A stretch of 64,000 nt of DNA from an uncultured delta proteobacterium. GTDB lineage: Bacteria > Myxococcota > Myxococcia > Myxococcales > Anaeromyxobacteraceae. Below, piece after piece: positions 1 to 15,882 of this stretch (position 1 is the first letter of the stretch; every line of letters begins with the position of its first letter). A program made the translations under genes and the position numbers. The stretch covers positions 124,862 to 188,861 of the forward strand of contig CAWHDZ010000034.1 of assembly GCA_963828255.1 (NCBI GenBank). The letters run 5' to 3'. The notes beneath the pieces are model-generated. The model had not been told where the DNA came from. It searched no databases and saw nothing but the letters and a program-made list of their open reading frames with translations.

Positions 1-60
1 CTGGTGCCTGGCGATCTCCTCGATGGGCTTCAGGTAGCGGATGATGGCGAGGACGTACAC
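1..60 (-). CDS. YciI-family protein, N-terminal part (runs off window start)
   Basis: GTG at 60 preceded by GGAGG; reads MYVLAIIRYLKPIEEIARHQ, resembling YciI-type N-termini. Confidence 0.5.
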   Translation of the reverse strand, partial: MYVLAIIRYLKPIEEIARHQ

Positions 61-106
61 GGCGGACCTCCGGGGTGGCACTCCTACCACGGCGCCCGGG
101 GGCCCG

Positions 107-1387
107 TCACGCCGGGGGGCGCCGCTCGCGCAGGACGCGCACCCGGTCGATGCGGCGCCCGTCTGTGTCACTGATGGTGAATCCCCAGCCGTGCCAGTGC
201 AGCCGGTCGCCGCGGGCCGGGATGGCGCCGGCCAGGGCCACCAGGAAGCCGGCCACGGTCTCGTAGGGCCCCTGGGCCGGGATGCCGGCCCCGGTGGCCT
301 CGTTGAACTCGGAGACCGGGGCATCGCCGCGGACCAGGAAGCTCCCGTCGGGCATGGCCTCGACCGCCCCCCCCTCCTCGGCGTCCCACTCGTCCCGGAT
401 CTCGCCGACGATCTCCTCGAGCACGTCCTCCAGCGTCACCGCGCCCATCACCCCTCCGTACTCGTCCACCACCACCATCATGTGCTGGTGCTTGCGCTGC
501 ATGGAGCGCAGCAGCACCTGCACCGGGGTGGACCAGGGCACGAAGGTGGGGGGGCGCAGGAGGTCGCGGAGCACGATCAGCTCCGGGTGGGCGAGGAGCG
601 GGACCAGGTCGCGGGCGTGGAGGATGCCCACCACCTTGTCGAGGCTCCCCGCGAAGATGGGGACCCGGGAGTGCCCCTCCTCGGCGAGCCGCACGATGAT
701 CTCGGGCACCGGCGTGTCCACGTCGAGGGCCATGACCTTGTTGCGCGGGACCATGATGTCCCGGGCCACCTTCTCGCGGAACTCCAGCACCCGGTGGATG
801 AGCTCGCTGGTGTGATCGGCCGGATCGGTCGAGCGGGCGTGGGCCGCGAGCGCCCGCTCCACCTCCTCGATGGGGGGCAGCGGAAGGGTGAACCGCCCCG
901 GACCACCCGCCAGCGGCGTCACCGCCAGTCCCACCAGGCGCGCCACCGGCGCGAGCACCAGGGTGAGGGCGCGGACCGGCGGCGCCAGGACGAGCGCCAC
1001 CCGCTCCGGGCGCGTCGCCCCCGCGCGGCGCCCCGCCGAGGCCAGACCCACGGTGAGAACGGCCCCCAGGAGCACCGCTCCGCCCATGGAGAGGGCGTTC
1101 GCGCCGGCCGGGAGCTGCGCCGCGGCCGCCGCGAACAGGGCGCCGGCCGAGAGGGAGGCGACCGCCACGAACAGGCGCATCCCGGCGGCTGCGCTCTCCG
1201 GCCGGGCGACGAGCTGCCCCAGGGAGCGGGCCCGCAACCCGGCGTCCGGCGCGGCGGCGAGCGCCTGGGCCCGGGGCACCCCCAGCGCGGTGAGCGCCGC
1301 CTCGAAGGCCGCGCCGAGGGCCCGCAGCGTCACGAGCAGGACGGCGGCGGCCGCGAGCTCCAGGGCCAGGCCGAGGGGGTCCTCCAT
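107..1387 (-). CDS. Hemolysin/CorC-HlyC family protein (DUF21 TM region + CBS pair + CorC domain)
   Basis: Motifs ARDIMVPR, GHSRVPIF, VVVDEYGG.MG.VTLEDVLEEIVGEI; start trimmed to MEDPLG. Confidence 0.9.
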   Translation of the reverse strand: MEDPLGLALELAAAAVLLVTLRALGAAFEAALTALGVPRAQALAAAPDAGLRARSLGQLVARPESAAAGMRLFVAVASLSAGALFAAAAAQLPAGANALSMGGAVLLGAVLTVGLASAGRRAGATRPERVALVLAPPVRALTLVLAPVARLVGLAVTPLAGGPGRFTLPLPPIEEVERALAAHARSTDPADHTSELIHRVLEFREKVARDIMVPRNKVMALDVDTPVPEIIVRLAEEGHSRVPIFAGSLDKVVGILHARDLVPLLAHPELIVLRDLLRPPTFVPWSTPVQVLLRSMQRKHQHMMVVVDEYGGVMGAVTLEDVLEEIVGEIRDEWDAEEGGAVEAMPDGSFLVRGDAPVSEFNEATGAGIPAQGPYETVAGFLVALAGAIPARGDRLHWHGWGFTISDTDGRRIDRVRVLRERRPPA

Positions 1388-1415
1388 CCCGGATGGCATA
1401 ACATGGGTGGCCTCC

Positions 1416-2033
1416 ATGCACGTCGACCTGCTCGGACCGGCTGGGCGCATCGAGGGGCTCCTCGAATCCCCGGATTCGCCCCGCTTCGCGGCGCTGGTGC
1501 TCCACCCGCACCCCCTCTTCGGCGGAACCATGCACAACCACGCCACCTACCAGATCGCGAAGGGCGCCCGGCTGGCCGGCGGCGCCTCGCTGCGCATCCA
1601 GTTCCGCGGGGTCGGGCTCTCCGAGGGAATTCACGGCGGGGGCCCCGGCGAGCTGGCCGACGCGCGGGCCGCGCTGCTCTGGCTCTCCGGCCGCCACCCC
1701 GGCCTGCCGCTCCTGGTGGGCGGGATGTCGTTCGGGTCCTGGATCGCGCTGGAGCTCTCCTGCGAAGAGCCGGAGGTGGAGGGGGTGCTGGCCGCCGGGC
1801 TGGCCTCGCGGATCCTCACCCTCGGATCCCTGCCCGATTGCCCGAAGCGGGTCGCCGCGATCCAGGCCACCTCCGACGAGTTCGGACCGGTGGAGGAGGT
1901 GGAGCGGCTCATGGCCGGCCCCCCCGATCGCCGGCGGCTCGTGCTGCTGGGCGGCGCCACCCACCTCTTCCTCGAGGACCTGGCCGGGCTGCAGCGCGAG
2001 GCCCGGGCTGCATGGGAGTGGCTGGCGGCGTGA
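1416..2033 (+). CDS. Alpha/beta hydrolase
   Basis: MHVDLLGPAGRIEG, HPHPLFGGTMHN, GMSFGS nucleophile elbow. Confidence 0.85.
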   Translation: MHVDLLGPAGRIEGLLESPDSPRFAALVLHPHPLFGGTMHNHATYQIAKGARLAGGASLRIQFRGVGLSEGIHGGGPGELADARAALLWLSGRHPGLPLLVGGMSFGSWIALELSCEEPEVEGVLAAGLASRILTLGSLPDCPKRVAAIQATSDEFGPVEEVERLMAGPPDRRRLVLLGGATHLFLEDLAGLQREARAAWEWLAA

Positions 2034-2060
2034 GCCCGGGTCCCGGCCCCCGGCTCCTCG

Positions 2061-3386
2061 TCACCTGCCGGCGATCTGGATCCCCGAGAAGAGCAGCGAC
2101 GGGGTGCGCATCGCCGAGTAGCGGTACGGATCGTTCCCGACGCCCGCCAGCCGGGTCCACAGGTCGCGGTGGTTCCCAGAGGCGTTCATCTCCCCCACCG
2201 GCCCGGCCAGCCGGCCGGCGCGCACCCGGAAGCCCTGCACGCCCAGCGAGAAGTCACCCGTGGTGGAATTGGAGTTGCCCCCCAGGAAGCCGGTGACGAG
2301 CAGGCCGTCGCCCATCCGGGAGAGCAGCGCGTCGCGGCCGTCCGGCCCGAGCCGCCAGGCCAGGTTGGAGACCCGCGAGGTGGTGGGGGGCATGCCGAGC
2401 TTCCGGCCGTAGTAGGTGTCCACGTAGTAGGCCCGCAGCACGCCCTTCTCGACCACCGGGAACTTCCGGGCGGCGATGCCCTCCCCGTCCCAGAGGCGCG
2501 ACCCCAGGCCGCGCACCACGAAGGGGTCGTCCCCGACGTCGAGCCACTCGCTGCCGATGGCGTGGCCGAGCTTGCCCTCCAGGAAGGAGCGCTTCTGCTG
2601 GAGCGACGACCCGGAGAGGGGTCCGAAGAGCGCGCCCACAAGCCTTCCGGCGGCCCGGGCGTCCACCAGAACCGGCGTCACCGCCGACTCGCCCTTCTCC
2701 GAGCCGACGCGGGAGAGGGCGCGTTCCGCCGCGCCGCGGCCGATGTCGGCGGGGTCGGGCAGGTCCGAGAGGAAGCGGGCGGTGGCGGCGTCCCAGTCCT
2801 CCGGGCGGCGGCCGTCGGGGTCGGCCACGCTCACCTGCGCGGACATCCCGTGGTCGGTGCCGCGCCGCGCACCCTCGAAGCCGTTGGAGGTGACGAAGAC
2901 CCGCTCGGCGAAGGTGTCGCCCACGCCGGCCGTGACCGAGAGGATGCGCCCTGCCCCCGGAACCGAGCGGGCCGCCTCCTCCATGGCCTCCGCCGCCCTG
3001 CGCCGGGCCTGGGGGTCGAGCCGGTCGTAGGCCGGGTCGGCGAGCTCCAGGTCCACGTCTGCCCGCCCGGCGTAGAGAGCCGGGTCGGGGAGCAGCCGGA
3101 ACGGGTCGGGGGCCAGCGTCCGGGTGAGCGCCACGCCGTCCACCACCAGCCGCTCGATGGCCTCCGGGCGCAGGTCGCTCGTGGAGACCGAGGCGTAGCG
3201 CCCGTCCACGTAGAGGTCGATGCCCAGTCCGCGGGTGGTGGCCTCGCTGGCCGTCTCCACCCGGCCGTCGCGCCAGGAGAGCTCCACCTGCCGGGCCCGG
3301 CTGGCCGAGGCGGCGGCGTCCCGGGCCCCGTGGCGGAGCGCCAGCATCACCGCGGCCCGGGCGGCCTCCTTCAGCTCTTCACTCAC
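2061..3386 (-). CDS. pmbA: TldD/PmbA family protein (PmbA/TldE-like)
   Basis: GLGSRLWDGEG, NSTTGDFSLG motifs; GTG start overlaps tldD stop (GTGA). Confidence 0.85.
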   Translation of the reverse strand: MSEELKEAARAAVMLALRHGARDAAASASRARQVELSWRDGRVETASEATTRGLGIDLYVDGRYASVSTSDLRPEAIERLVVDGVALTRTLAPDPFRLLPDPALYAGRADVDLELADPAYDRLDPQARRRAAEAMEEAARSVPGAGRILSVTAGVGDTFAERVFVTSNGFEGARRGTDHGMSAQVSVADPDGRRPEDWDAATARFLSDLPDPADIGRGAAERALSRVGSEKGESAVTPVLVDARAAGRLVGALFGPLSGSSLQQKRSFLEGKLGHAIGSEWLDVGDDPFVVRGLGSRLWDGEGIAARKFPVVEKGVLRAYYVDTYYGRKLGMPPTTSRVSNLAWRLGPDGRDALLSRMGDGLLVTGFLGGNSNSTTGDFSLGVQGFRVRAGRLAGPVGEMNASGNHRDLWTRLAGVGNDPYRYSAMRTPSLLFSGIQIAGR

Positions 3387-4834
3387 GGAGCACCCCGCCC
3401 GCCCACCGTCATGGAGGAGACCCGCACCGTGGGCAAGCCCTGCGAGACCGGCACGCTCTGCCCGTCCTTGCCGCAGGTCCAGCCCCCCTCGTCCACGGAG
3501 AGGTCGCCGGCCACCATGTCCACCATCGTGAGCGCCTTGGGCCCGTTGCCGATGAGGTTCACGTCCTTGATGGGCCGGGTGAGCTTGCCGTCCTCGATGA
3601 GCCAGCCGTTCTTCACGAAGAAGGTGAAGTCGCCGGCGCCGATCTGCACCTGCCCGTTGGAGAAGGTCTGGCAGTAGATCCCCTTCTTCACCGAGCGGAT
3701 GATCTCCTCCCGGTCGTGCGGGCCGGGGAGCATGTAGGTGGAGCGCATGCGCGGCAGCGGCGGGTGGCGGTAGCTCTCGCGCCTCCCGTTGCCGGTGGGG
3801 GCCACCTTGTAGTGGCGGGCCGAGATGGCGTCGTGCAGGTAGGAGGCGAGCACGCCGTTCTCCACCAGCACGGTGCGGCCGGCCGGGTTGCCCTCGTCGT
3901 CCACGTGGATGGAGCCGCGCGCGGCCAGGCCGGTGCCGTCGTCCACGATGGAGACGAACGGGGCGGCCACGACCTTGCCCAGCTTGTCGGCGTAGATGGA
4001 GGTGCCCTTGCGGTTGAAGTCGGCCTCCATGCCGTGGCCGATGGCCTCGTGGAGCAGGATCCCCGAGGATCCGGCGGCGAGCACCACCGGCATCTCGCCG
4101 GCGGGGGGCTGTCCGGCCTCGAAGAGGATGGAGGTGCGGGCCCATGCCTCGGTGCAGAGCCGCTCGATGCGCTCCGTCGAGTAGAAGTCACCCCCGGCGC
4201 GGCCGGCCACGTTGTAGCCGTTCTGCTCCCGCCGGCCGTCGCGCTCGGCCAGCACCGAGGCCGAGAGCAGCGCCATGGGCTGCATGTCCTCGACCACCCG
4301 CCCGCTCGAGTCGGCGATGAGCACGGCGCTCTGCTCGTCGTGGAGGTGGACGTTCACCTTGCGTACGGACGGGTCGGCGGCGAGGAGCCGCGCGTTCACC
4401 GCCTCGAGGACCGGAAGCCGCGCCGCGGCGCCCTCCCCCTCCCCCGGCGCCAGCGACGGGTAGCGCCCGCCCGGGCGGGACAGGAGGTGCATCCGGGCCG
4501 GAGCATCGCGCGAAGCGCCGTCGGCGATGGCCGCCGCGGTGCGCGCCGCCGCCAGGATGGCCGGGAGCGAGAGGTCCTCGGTGTAGCCGTACCCGGTCTG
4601 GTCTCCCTTCACCACCCGGACGCCCACGCCCAGCTCGACCGAGGCGTGGCCGCGGTTCACCGCCCCGTCCTCGAGCGCCAGGTCGGTCTCGACGCGGTGC
4701 TGGAAGAAGAGGTCGGCGAAGTCGCCCCCACGCGACAGCGCAGCCGCGAGCGCCTCCCGGAGCGTCCGCTCCGTCACCCCGAACCGATCGAACCAGCCGA
4801 TGCCGGCGCGCGCGGCGCCTGCTTCCGTCGCCAT
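3383..4834 (-). CDS. tldD: TldD metalloprotease
   Basis: LLHEAIGHGMEADFNRKG, GNGRRESY..PPLPRM, CGKDGQSVPV; start at MATEAG. Confidence 0.9.
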   Translation of the reverse strand: MATEAGAARAGIGWFDRFGVTERTLREALAAALSRGGDFADLFFQHRVETDLALEDGAVNRGHASVELGVGVRVVKGDQTGYGYTEDLSLPAILAAARTAAAIADGASRDAPARMHLLSRPGGRYPSLAPGEGEGAAARLPVLEAVNARLLAADPSVRKVNVHLHDEQSAVLIADSSGRVVEDMQPMALLSASVLAERDGRREQNGYNVAGRAGGDFYSTERIERLCTEAWARTSILFEAGQPPAGEMPVVLAAGSSGILLHEAIGHGMEADFNRKGTSIYADKLGKVVAAPFVSIVDDGTGLAARGSIHVDDEGNPAGRTVLVENGVLASYLHDAISARHYKVAPTGNGRRESYRHPPLPRMRSTYMLPGPHDREEIIRSVKKGIYCQTFSNGQVQIGAGDFTFFVKNGWLIEDGKLTRPIKDVNLIGNGPKALTMVDMVAGDLSVDEGGWTCGKDGQSVPVSQGLPTVRVSSMTVGGRGAP

Positions 4835-4933
4835 CCCTGCTCCTGTCTTGCCCTGGAAACGCCTTGAACCGGCGGGAATTCGAAATATATGCAGGCGGTT
4901 CCCGCTCGACCTGACTTTCCGCAAGGAGGATCC

Positions 4934-6940
<2,007 letters not shown>

Positions 6941-7014
6941 GTAGCGCCTCGGGTTTGCTCCTCGGAGCAGGGCGTGGCCATGATGCGGGGGTTCCGCGGA
7001 GGGAGCCCCCCATC

Positions 7015-7806
7015 ATGCCCACCACCGACCAGAGCGGCGCGAAGACCCATTACCAGGACACCGGCAACGGGAAGGACGTCGTCCTCCTCCTGCACGCCTT
7101 TCCGCTCCACTCGGGGATGTGGTCGCGCCAGGTCGCGTCGCTCTCCCCGCGATTCCGCGTCATCGCCCCCGACTACCCCGGCCTCGGCAAGAGCACGCCG
7201 CGCCCGGAGCCGTCCACCATGGAGGCGCTCGCCGAGCAGGTGCTGGGCGTCCTCGACACCCTGCGGGTGGATCGGGCGGTGGTGGCCGGGCTCTCGATGG
7301 GCGGCTACCTGGCCTTCGAGATCTACCGGCGGCGGCCCGGGCTCTTCCGCGGTCTGGCCCTCTGCGACACCAAGGCAGGGGCCGACACGCCGGAGGGCGC
7401 GGCGGGGCGGGAGGCGTTCGCGAAGAACGCGCTCGAGAAGGGGCTTCACTGGGTGGCCGACGAGATGACGCCGAAGCTGCTCCGCCCGCAGCCCGACGCG
7501 GCGGCGGTGAAGGAGGTCCGGCACCTCATCGGGCAGGGCACGCCGGCGGGGGTCGCGGCGGCGCAGCGCGGGATGGCGAAGCGGGTGGACTCGACAGCGA
7601 CGCTGGGTGCGATCACCTGTCCGACGCTCGTGGTGGTGGGGGCGGAGGACGGGCTCACGCCGCCGGCCGAGGCCGAGAAGATGGTGGCCGGGATGAAGGG
7701 GGCGCGGCTGGCGAAGATCGCCGGGGCCGGGCACCTGGCGAACATCGAGAACCCGGCGGAGTTCGATGCGGTACTGCTTGGTTTCGTGACGGGGTTGCCA
7801 AAGTAG
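7015..7806 (+). CDS. Alpha/beta fold hydrolase
   Basis: LLHAFP, GLSMGG, GAGHLANIE. Confidence 0.88.
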   Translation: MPTTDQSGAKTHYQDTGNGKDVVLLLHAFPLHSGMWSRQVASLSPRFRVIAPDYPGLGKSTPRPEPSTMEALAEQVLGVLDTLRVDRAVVAGLSMGGYLAFEIYRRRPGLFRGLALCDTKAGADTPEGAAGREAFAKNALEKGLHWVADEMTPKLLRPQPDAAAVKEVRHLIGQGTPAGVAAAQRGMAKRVDSTATLGAITCPTLVVVGAEDGLTPPAEAEKMVAGMKGARLAKIAGAGHLANIENPAEFDAVLLGFVTGLPK

Positions 7807-7843
7807 CGGCGGGGTTCCTGCGGCCGCTGAAGCGGCCGCTGTG

Positions 7844-11676
<3,833 letters not shown>

Positions 11677-11710
11677 AGCCCCGCGGGTACCCTCAAGGCG
11701 TGACCTTTCC

Positions 11711-14700
11711 TCACTCCTCGTCGGGCTCTTCTCGAGCCCCGATCCTCGAGAGCCAGGGATACAGGCTCGGGAGCACCAGGAGCGTCAAGATCGTCGACGT
11801 CACCAGCCCACCCACCACCACCGTGGCGAGCGGACGCTGCACCTCGGCTCCCACCCCGCTCGCCAGCATCATGGGCACGAAGCCCAGCGCGGCGACCAGC
11901 GCGGTCATGAGCACCGGCCTGGCCCGCTCCCGGGCGGCGTCGAGGGCGGCCTCGGCCGGACCCTTCCCCTCCTCCTCGAGGGAGAGCAGGCGCGACATGA
12001 GGACCACGCCGTTCAGCACGGCGATGCCGGAGAGCGCGATGAACCCCACCGCGGCCGAGATGGAGACCGGCATGCCGCGCATGGCGAGCACGATCATGCC
12101 GCCCACCGAGGCGAAGGGGACGTTCAGGAAGATGAGCAGCGCCGGCTTGAGGCGGCGGAAGGCGAAGAGGAGCACGGCCACGATGAGGGCCAGGACCGCC
12201 GGGATGACGATGGCGAGCCGCCGCTTGGCGTCCACCAGGGTCTCGTACTGCCCGCCCCACTCGAAGCGGTAGCCGCGGGGCAGCTTCACCTGGGCGTTCA
12301 CCGCCTTCTCGGCCTGCTCGACCACGGTGCCCAGGTCGGCGCCGCGGACGTTGAAGCCCACCACGATGCGCCGCTCCCCGTCCTGGCGGGAGACCAGGCT
12401 GGGGGAGGTGGTCAGCTCCACGTCGGCGACGCGTCCCAGCGGGACCAGGCCGCCGGCAGGGCCGGGGATGGACAGGTCACCCAGGGTGAAGGCGTTGGCG
12501 CCCCCGCCGAGCCGCAGCAGGATGGGCACGCGCAGGGCCCCGTCGTAGGTGGCGCCCACCTCGATCCCGGTGCGCAGCGCCTGCACCGCCTCGAGGAGCG
12601 ACTTCACCGTGAAGCCGGCCCGCGAGGCGTCGAGCGGCCGGGGGCGGACCTCGAGGAGCGAGACCGCCGGCGGCGCGATGACCCGGGTGTCCACTGCGCC
12701 GGGGACCTTTCCGGCCACCTCGGCGGTGCGGGCGGCGACCCGGTCGAGCTCGGCCAGGTCGTCGCCGTAGATGGAGATGGTGACGTCGGCCACCGACCCG
12801 CCCAGGAGCTCGTTGAAGCGCATCTGGATGGGCTGGGTGAAGCTCACCTCGGCGGAGGCGTTGACCGACTTCGCCGCACGGTCGATGTCGGCGATGACCC
12901 GGTCCTTGTCCACGCCCGGGCGCCAGGCCTCCTTGGGCTTGAGCAGCACGAAGACGTCGGCCTGCTCGAGCCCCATGATGTCGGTGGCCACGGCCGGGCT
13001 GCCGATGCGGGAGACGACCTCCTTCACCTCCGGCACCTTGGCCATCATCACCGCCTCGAGCTTGCCGGCCTCGGAGATGGCGGTGTCGAGGGAGATGTCG
13101 GCGGCGCGGGTGGTCTGCACCACCAGGTCCCCCTCGTCGAGCTGCGGCACGAACTCGCTGCCGGCGCGGGCGAAGAAGATCCCGCCCACCACGAGCAGCA
13201 CCACCGACCCGACGGCCACGGCCCAGGGGCGGGCGGCCGAGGAGCGCAGGGCCGGCAGGTACCCCTTCTCGATCCAGCGGACCAGGAAGGGGGCGCGCTC
13301 CGGCACGTCCCTGGGCCGGAGGAAGAGGGCGGTGGCGGCCGGGATGAAGGTGAGCGAGAGGACCAGCGAGGCCGCCAGGGCGAAGACCACGGTGAGCGCC
13401 ATGGGGCGGAACATCTTGCCGTCCACGCCGGTGAGCGAGAGCACCGGGACGTAGACCAGCAGGATGATGAGCACCGAGAAGAAGACCGGCTGGGCCACCG
13501 TGCCGGTGACCTTCTCGACGTGGCGCACCCAGAGGGTCCGGCACCTCTTCTTGTCGCCGAGCGGGTACTCGGAACGGTTCACCCCGTGGAACACCGCCTC
13601 CACCATGACCACCGCGCCGTCCACGATGAGGCCGAAGTCGAGGGCGCCGAGCGACATGAGGTTGCCGGGAATGTCGAGGGCCACCATGGCGGCGGTGGCG
13701 CCCAGCATCGAGAGGGGGATGGCCGCGGCGACCAGCAGCCCGGCCCGCCAGCTGCCCAGCATGAGGAAGAGGACGGCGATGACCAGCAATCCACCCTCGA
13801 GCAGGTTCTTGAAGACGGTCTTGAGCGTGCCCTCGACCAGCTTGCTGCGGTCGTAGACGACGTCCACGAAGACGTCCTCGGGGAGGACCTTGCGCACCTC
13901 GACCATCTGCTTCTTCAGGCGGTGCATGACGTCGAGGGCGTTCTCGCCCCGGAGCATCTGCGCCATGACGTAGACGGTCTCGCCCTTGCCGTTCTCGGTG
14001 GCCGCGCCGATGCGGGTGGACGAGCCCATGGAGATCTCGGCCACGTCGGAGAGGCGCACCGGGTTCACGTCGGAGCCGCGCCGGAAGACCAGCGCGTACC
14101 CCAGCTCGCCCGCGTTCTTGGGCAGGGCCACGGCGCGCAGCAAGGTCTGCCCCGACCCGGCCGGCAGCGAGGCGCCGGGGGCGGTCCCGGTGGCCTGCTC
14201 GAGCGCCTGGCGCACGTCCTCGAGGGTGAGGCCGCGGGAGGCCATGCGCACCGGGTCCACCTTCACCTCGAGCACGCGCTGGTCGCCGCCCCAGGTGTTG
14301 ACCTCGACCACGCCGGCCACGCTGCGCAGCATGGGGGCCACCTTGAACTGGGCGATCTCGAGCAGCTCGGCGGGGCTGCGGCGCGGTGAGTCGAGGGTGA
14401 AGTGGAAGATCTCGCCCAGGCCGCCGGTGATCGGCCCCAGTTCTGGCGGGGCCACGCCGGGCGGGAAGGAGAGGCTGGTGAGCCGCTCCTGGACCATCTG
14501 GCGGGCGCGGTAGGTCTCGACGCCGTCCTGGAACACCGCGGTGACCGAGGAGATGCCGTAGCGCGACAGGCTGCGCTGCTCGACCAGGCCGGGCAGGCCG
14601 CCCATCCCCACCTCGATGGGGCGGGTGACGAGCCGCTCCACCTCCTCGGGGGTGAGGCCGGGGGCGCGGGTGAGGACCAGCACCTGGTTGTTGGTGGTGT

Positions 14701-14821
14701 CGGGGAGCGCGTCGAACTTGAGGAACATGCCGACGGCGGCGCCCACGAGCATGAGGGCCAGCGTGGTGCCGACGACCAGCACCCGGTGGCGGACCGACCA
14801 CTGGACGAGTCCCTGGATCAA
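11711..14821 (-). CDS. CusA/CzcA heavy-metal RND efflux permease
   Basis: NLMSLGALDFGLIVDGAVVMVE, GKMFRPMA, RPVLMTALVAALGFVPM; TTG start coupled to upstream stop. Confidence 0.93.
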   Translation of the reverse strand: MIQGLVQWSVRHRVLVVGTTLALMLVGAAVGMFLKFDALPDTTNNQVLVLTRAPGLTPEEVERLVTRPIEVGMGGLPGLVEQRSLSRYGISSVTAVFQDGVETYRARQMVQERLTSLSFPPGVAPPELGPITGGLGEIFHFTLDSPRRSPAELLEIAQFKVAPMLRSVAGVVEVNTWGGDQRVLEVKVDPVRMASRGLTLEDVRQALEQATGTAPGASLPAGSGQTLLRAVALPKNAGELGYALVFRRGSDVNPVRLSDVAEISMGSSTRIGAATENGKGETVYVMAQMLRGENALDVMHRLKKQMVEVRKVLPEDVFVDVVYDRSKLVEGTLKTVFKNLLEGGLLVIAVLFLMLGSWRAGLLVAAAIPLSMLGATAAMVALDIPGNLMSLGALDFGLIVDGAVVMVEAVFHGVNRSEYPLGDKKRCRTLWVRHVEKVTGTVAQPVFFSVLIILLVYVPVLSLTGVDGKMFRPMALTVVFALAASLVLSLTFIPAATALFLRPRDVPERAPFLVRWIEKGYLPALRSSAARPWAVAVGSVVLLVVGGIFFARAGSEFVPQLDEGDLVVQTTRAADISLDTAISEAGKLEAVMMAKVPEVKEVVSRIGSPAVATDIMGLEQADVFVLLKPKEAWRPGVDKDRVIADIDRAAKSVNASAEVSFTQPIQMRFNELLGGSVADVTISIYGDDLAELDRVAARTAEVAGKVPGAVDTRVIAPPAVSLLEVRPRPLDASRAGFTVKSLLEAVQALRTGIEVGATYDGALRVPILLRLGGGANAFTLGDLSIPGPAGGLVPLGRVADVELTTSPSLVSRQDGERRIVVGFNVRGADLGTVVEQAEKAVNAQVKLPRGYRFEWGGQYETLVDAKRRLAIVIPAVLALIVAVLLFAFRRLKPALLIFLNVPFASVGGMIVLAMRGMPVSISAAVGFIALSGIAVLNGVVLMSRLLSLEEEGKGPAEAALDAARERARPVLMTALVAALGFVPMMLASGVGAEVQRPLATVVVGGLVTSTILTLLVLPSLYPWLSRIGAREEPDEE

Positions 14822-15882
14822 GGCGCGACCTCGGCCAGGCCGGCGTCCGCGGCGACCTCCTCGTCGGCGGCCACCCCGATGACCAGCGCCTCCGCGCCGG
14901 AGGAGGCGACGACGTCCACCTCCACCTTGACGGCCTTGCCGTCCCGGCGGGCCACGACGAAGGTCTTGCCGTCGGTGAGGATGACGGCCCGGGCCGGGAC
15001 CACCGCAGCCCCCACCACTCCGGGCAGGGTCACCACCACGCGGCCGGTGAGGCCGGCCTGGAGGGTCGTGCCCTTCTCGGGAACGAGCCACACCGAGATG
15101 GTCCCGTCGCGCGGGTCCACCACCGGCGCGCGGGCCACGAAGACGAGCGGGTACCGGGAGCCTGCGGAGGTGACGAGCTCGAACTGGGAGGTGGCCGCGT
15201 CGGGCGCGCGGGCGAAGCGGGCCTCGACGCGGGAGTCGCCCGCCCCTGCCACCCGGACCAGCGGCTCGCCGGTGGGCTCACGGCTGTCGCCCACGCCCAC
15301 GCCGACGGCGACGACCACTCCGGCGATGGGGCTCCGGAGGACCACCGGCTTCTTCCCGGAGACGATGTCGGCGGCCTGGCCCGGCTCGATCTGGGCCGTG
15401 CGCAGCGCCGCGGCGGCCGACTGCTGGTCGGCGCTGGCCTCGGCGAGCTTGGTCTCGGCCTCGAGCACGTCGGCAAGCCGGACCAGCCCGTCGGCCTTGA
15501 GCGCGTCGAGCTGGGCCTTGCGGCGGCCGTAGGCGTCCACCCGGGTGGTGGCGGCGGCGTAGGCCCCGGCCGCGGTGGAGACCTCGGGCATGACCACCTC
15601 GACGAGGGGCTGCCCCTTCGACACCTTCTGCCCGGGGCGGACCAGGACCTTGAGCACGCGGGCCCGGTAGGGAGGCACCACGGCGGCCTGCCCCTCGGGC
15701 GAGGGGAGCACGTGCGCCGGGGCCTCGAGGAGGGGCACGCCCTCGCTGGAGCGGGCCTTCACCCAGGGTGTACGAGAGCTGGGGGTGGGCGGCGTCTCCT
15801 CGGGGGGCGGCCCCTTCTTCGAGCAGGCGGCGAGGGCGAGGACGGCGGCGAGCGCCAGGGTGCGGTTCCAGGGAATCTTCAC
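14818..15882 (-). CDS. RND periplasmic adaptor (membrane fusion) lipoprotein
   Basis: Lipobox LAAC, lipoyl half-motifs VRPGQKVSKGQPL and LRSPIAGVV. Confidence 0.85.
   Translation of the reverse strand: MKIPWNRTLALAAVLALAACSKKGPPPEETPPTPSSRTPWVKARSSEGVPLLEAPAHVLPSPEGQAAVVPPYRARVLKVLVRPGQKVSKGQPLVEVVMPEVSTAAGAYAAATTRVDAYGRRKAQLDALKADGLVRLADVLEAETKLAEASADQQSAAAALRTAQIEPGQAADIVSGKKPVVLRSPIAGVVVAVGVGVGDSREPTGEPLVRVAGAGDSRVEARFARAPDAATSQFELVTSAGSRYPLVFVARAPVVDPRDGTISVWLVPEKGTTLQAGLTGRVVVTLPGVVGAAVVPARAVILTDGKTFVVARRDGKAVKVEVDVVASSGAEALVIGVAADEEVAADAGLAEVAP

Noticed and set aside
41..2296. 751-aa plus-strand ORF and many similar long Arg/Gly/Pro-rich ORFs across the window
   Set aside because: Shadow frames of real genes in high-GC DNA; no recognisable motifs
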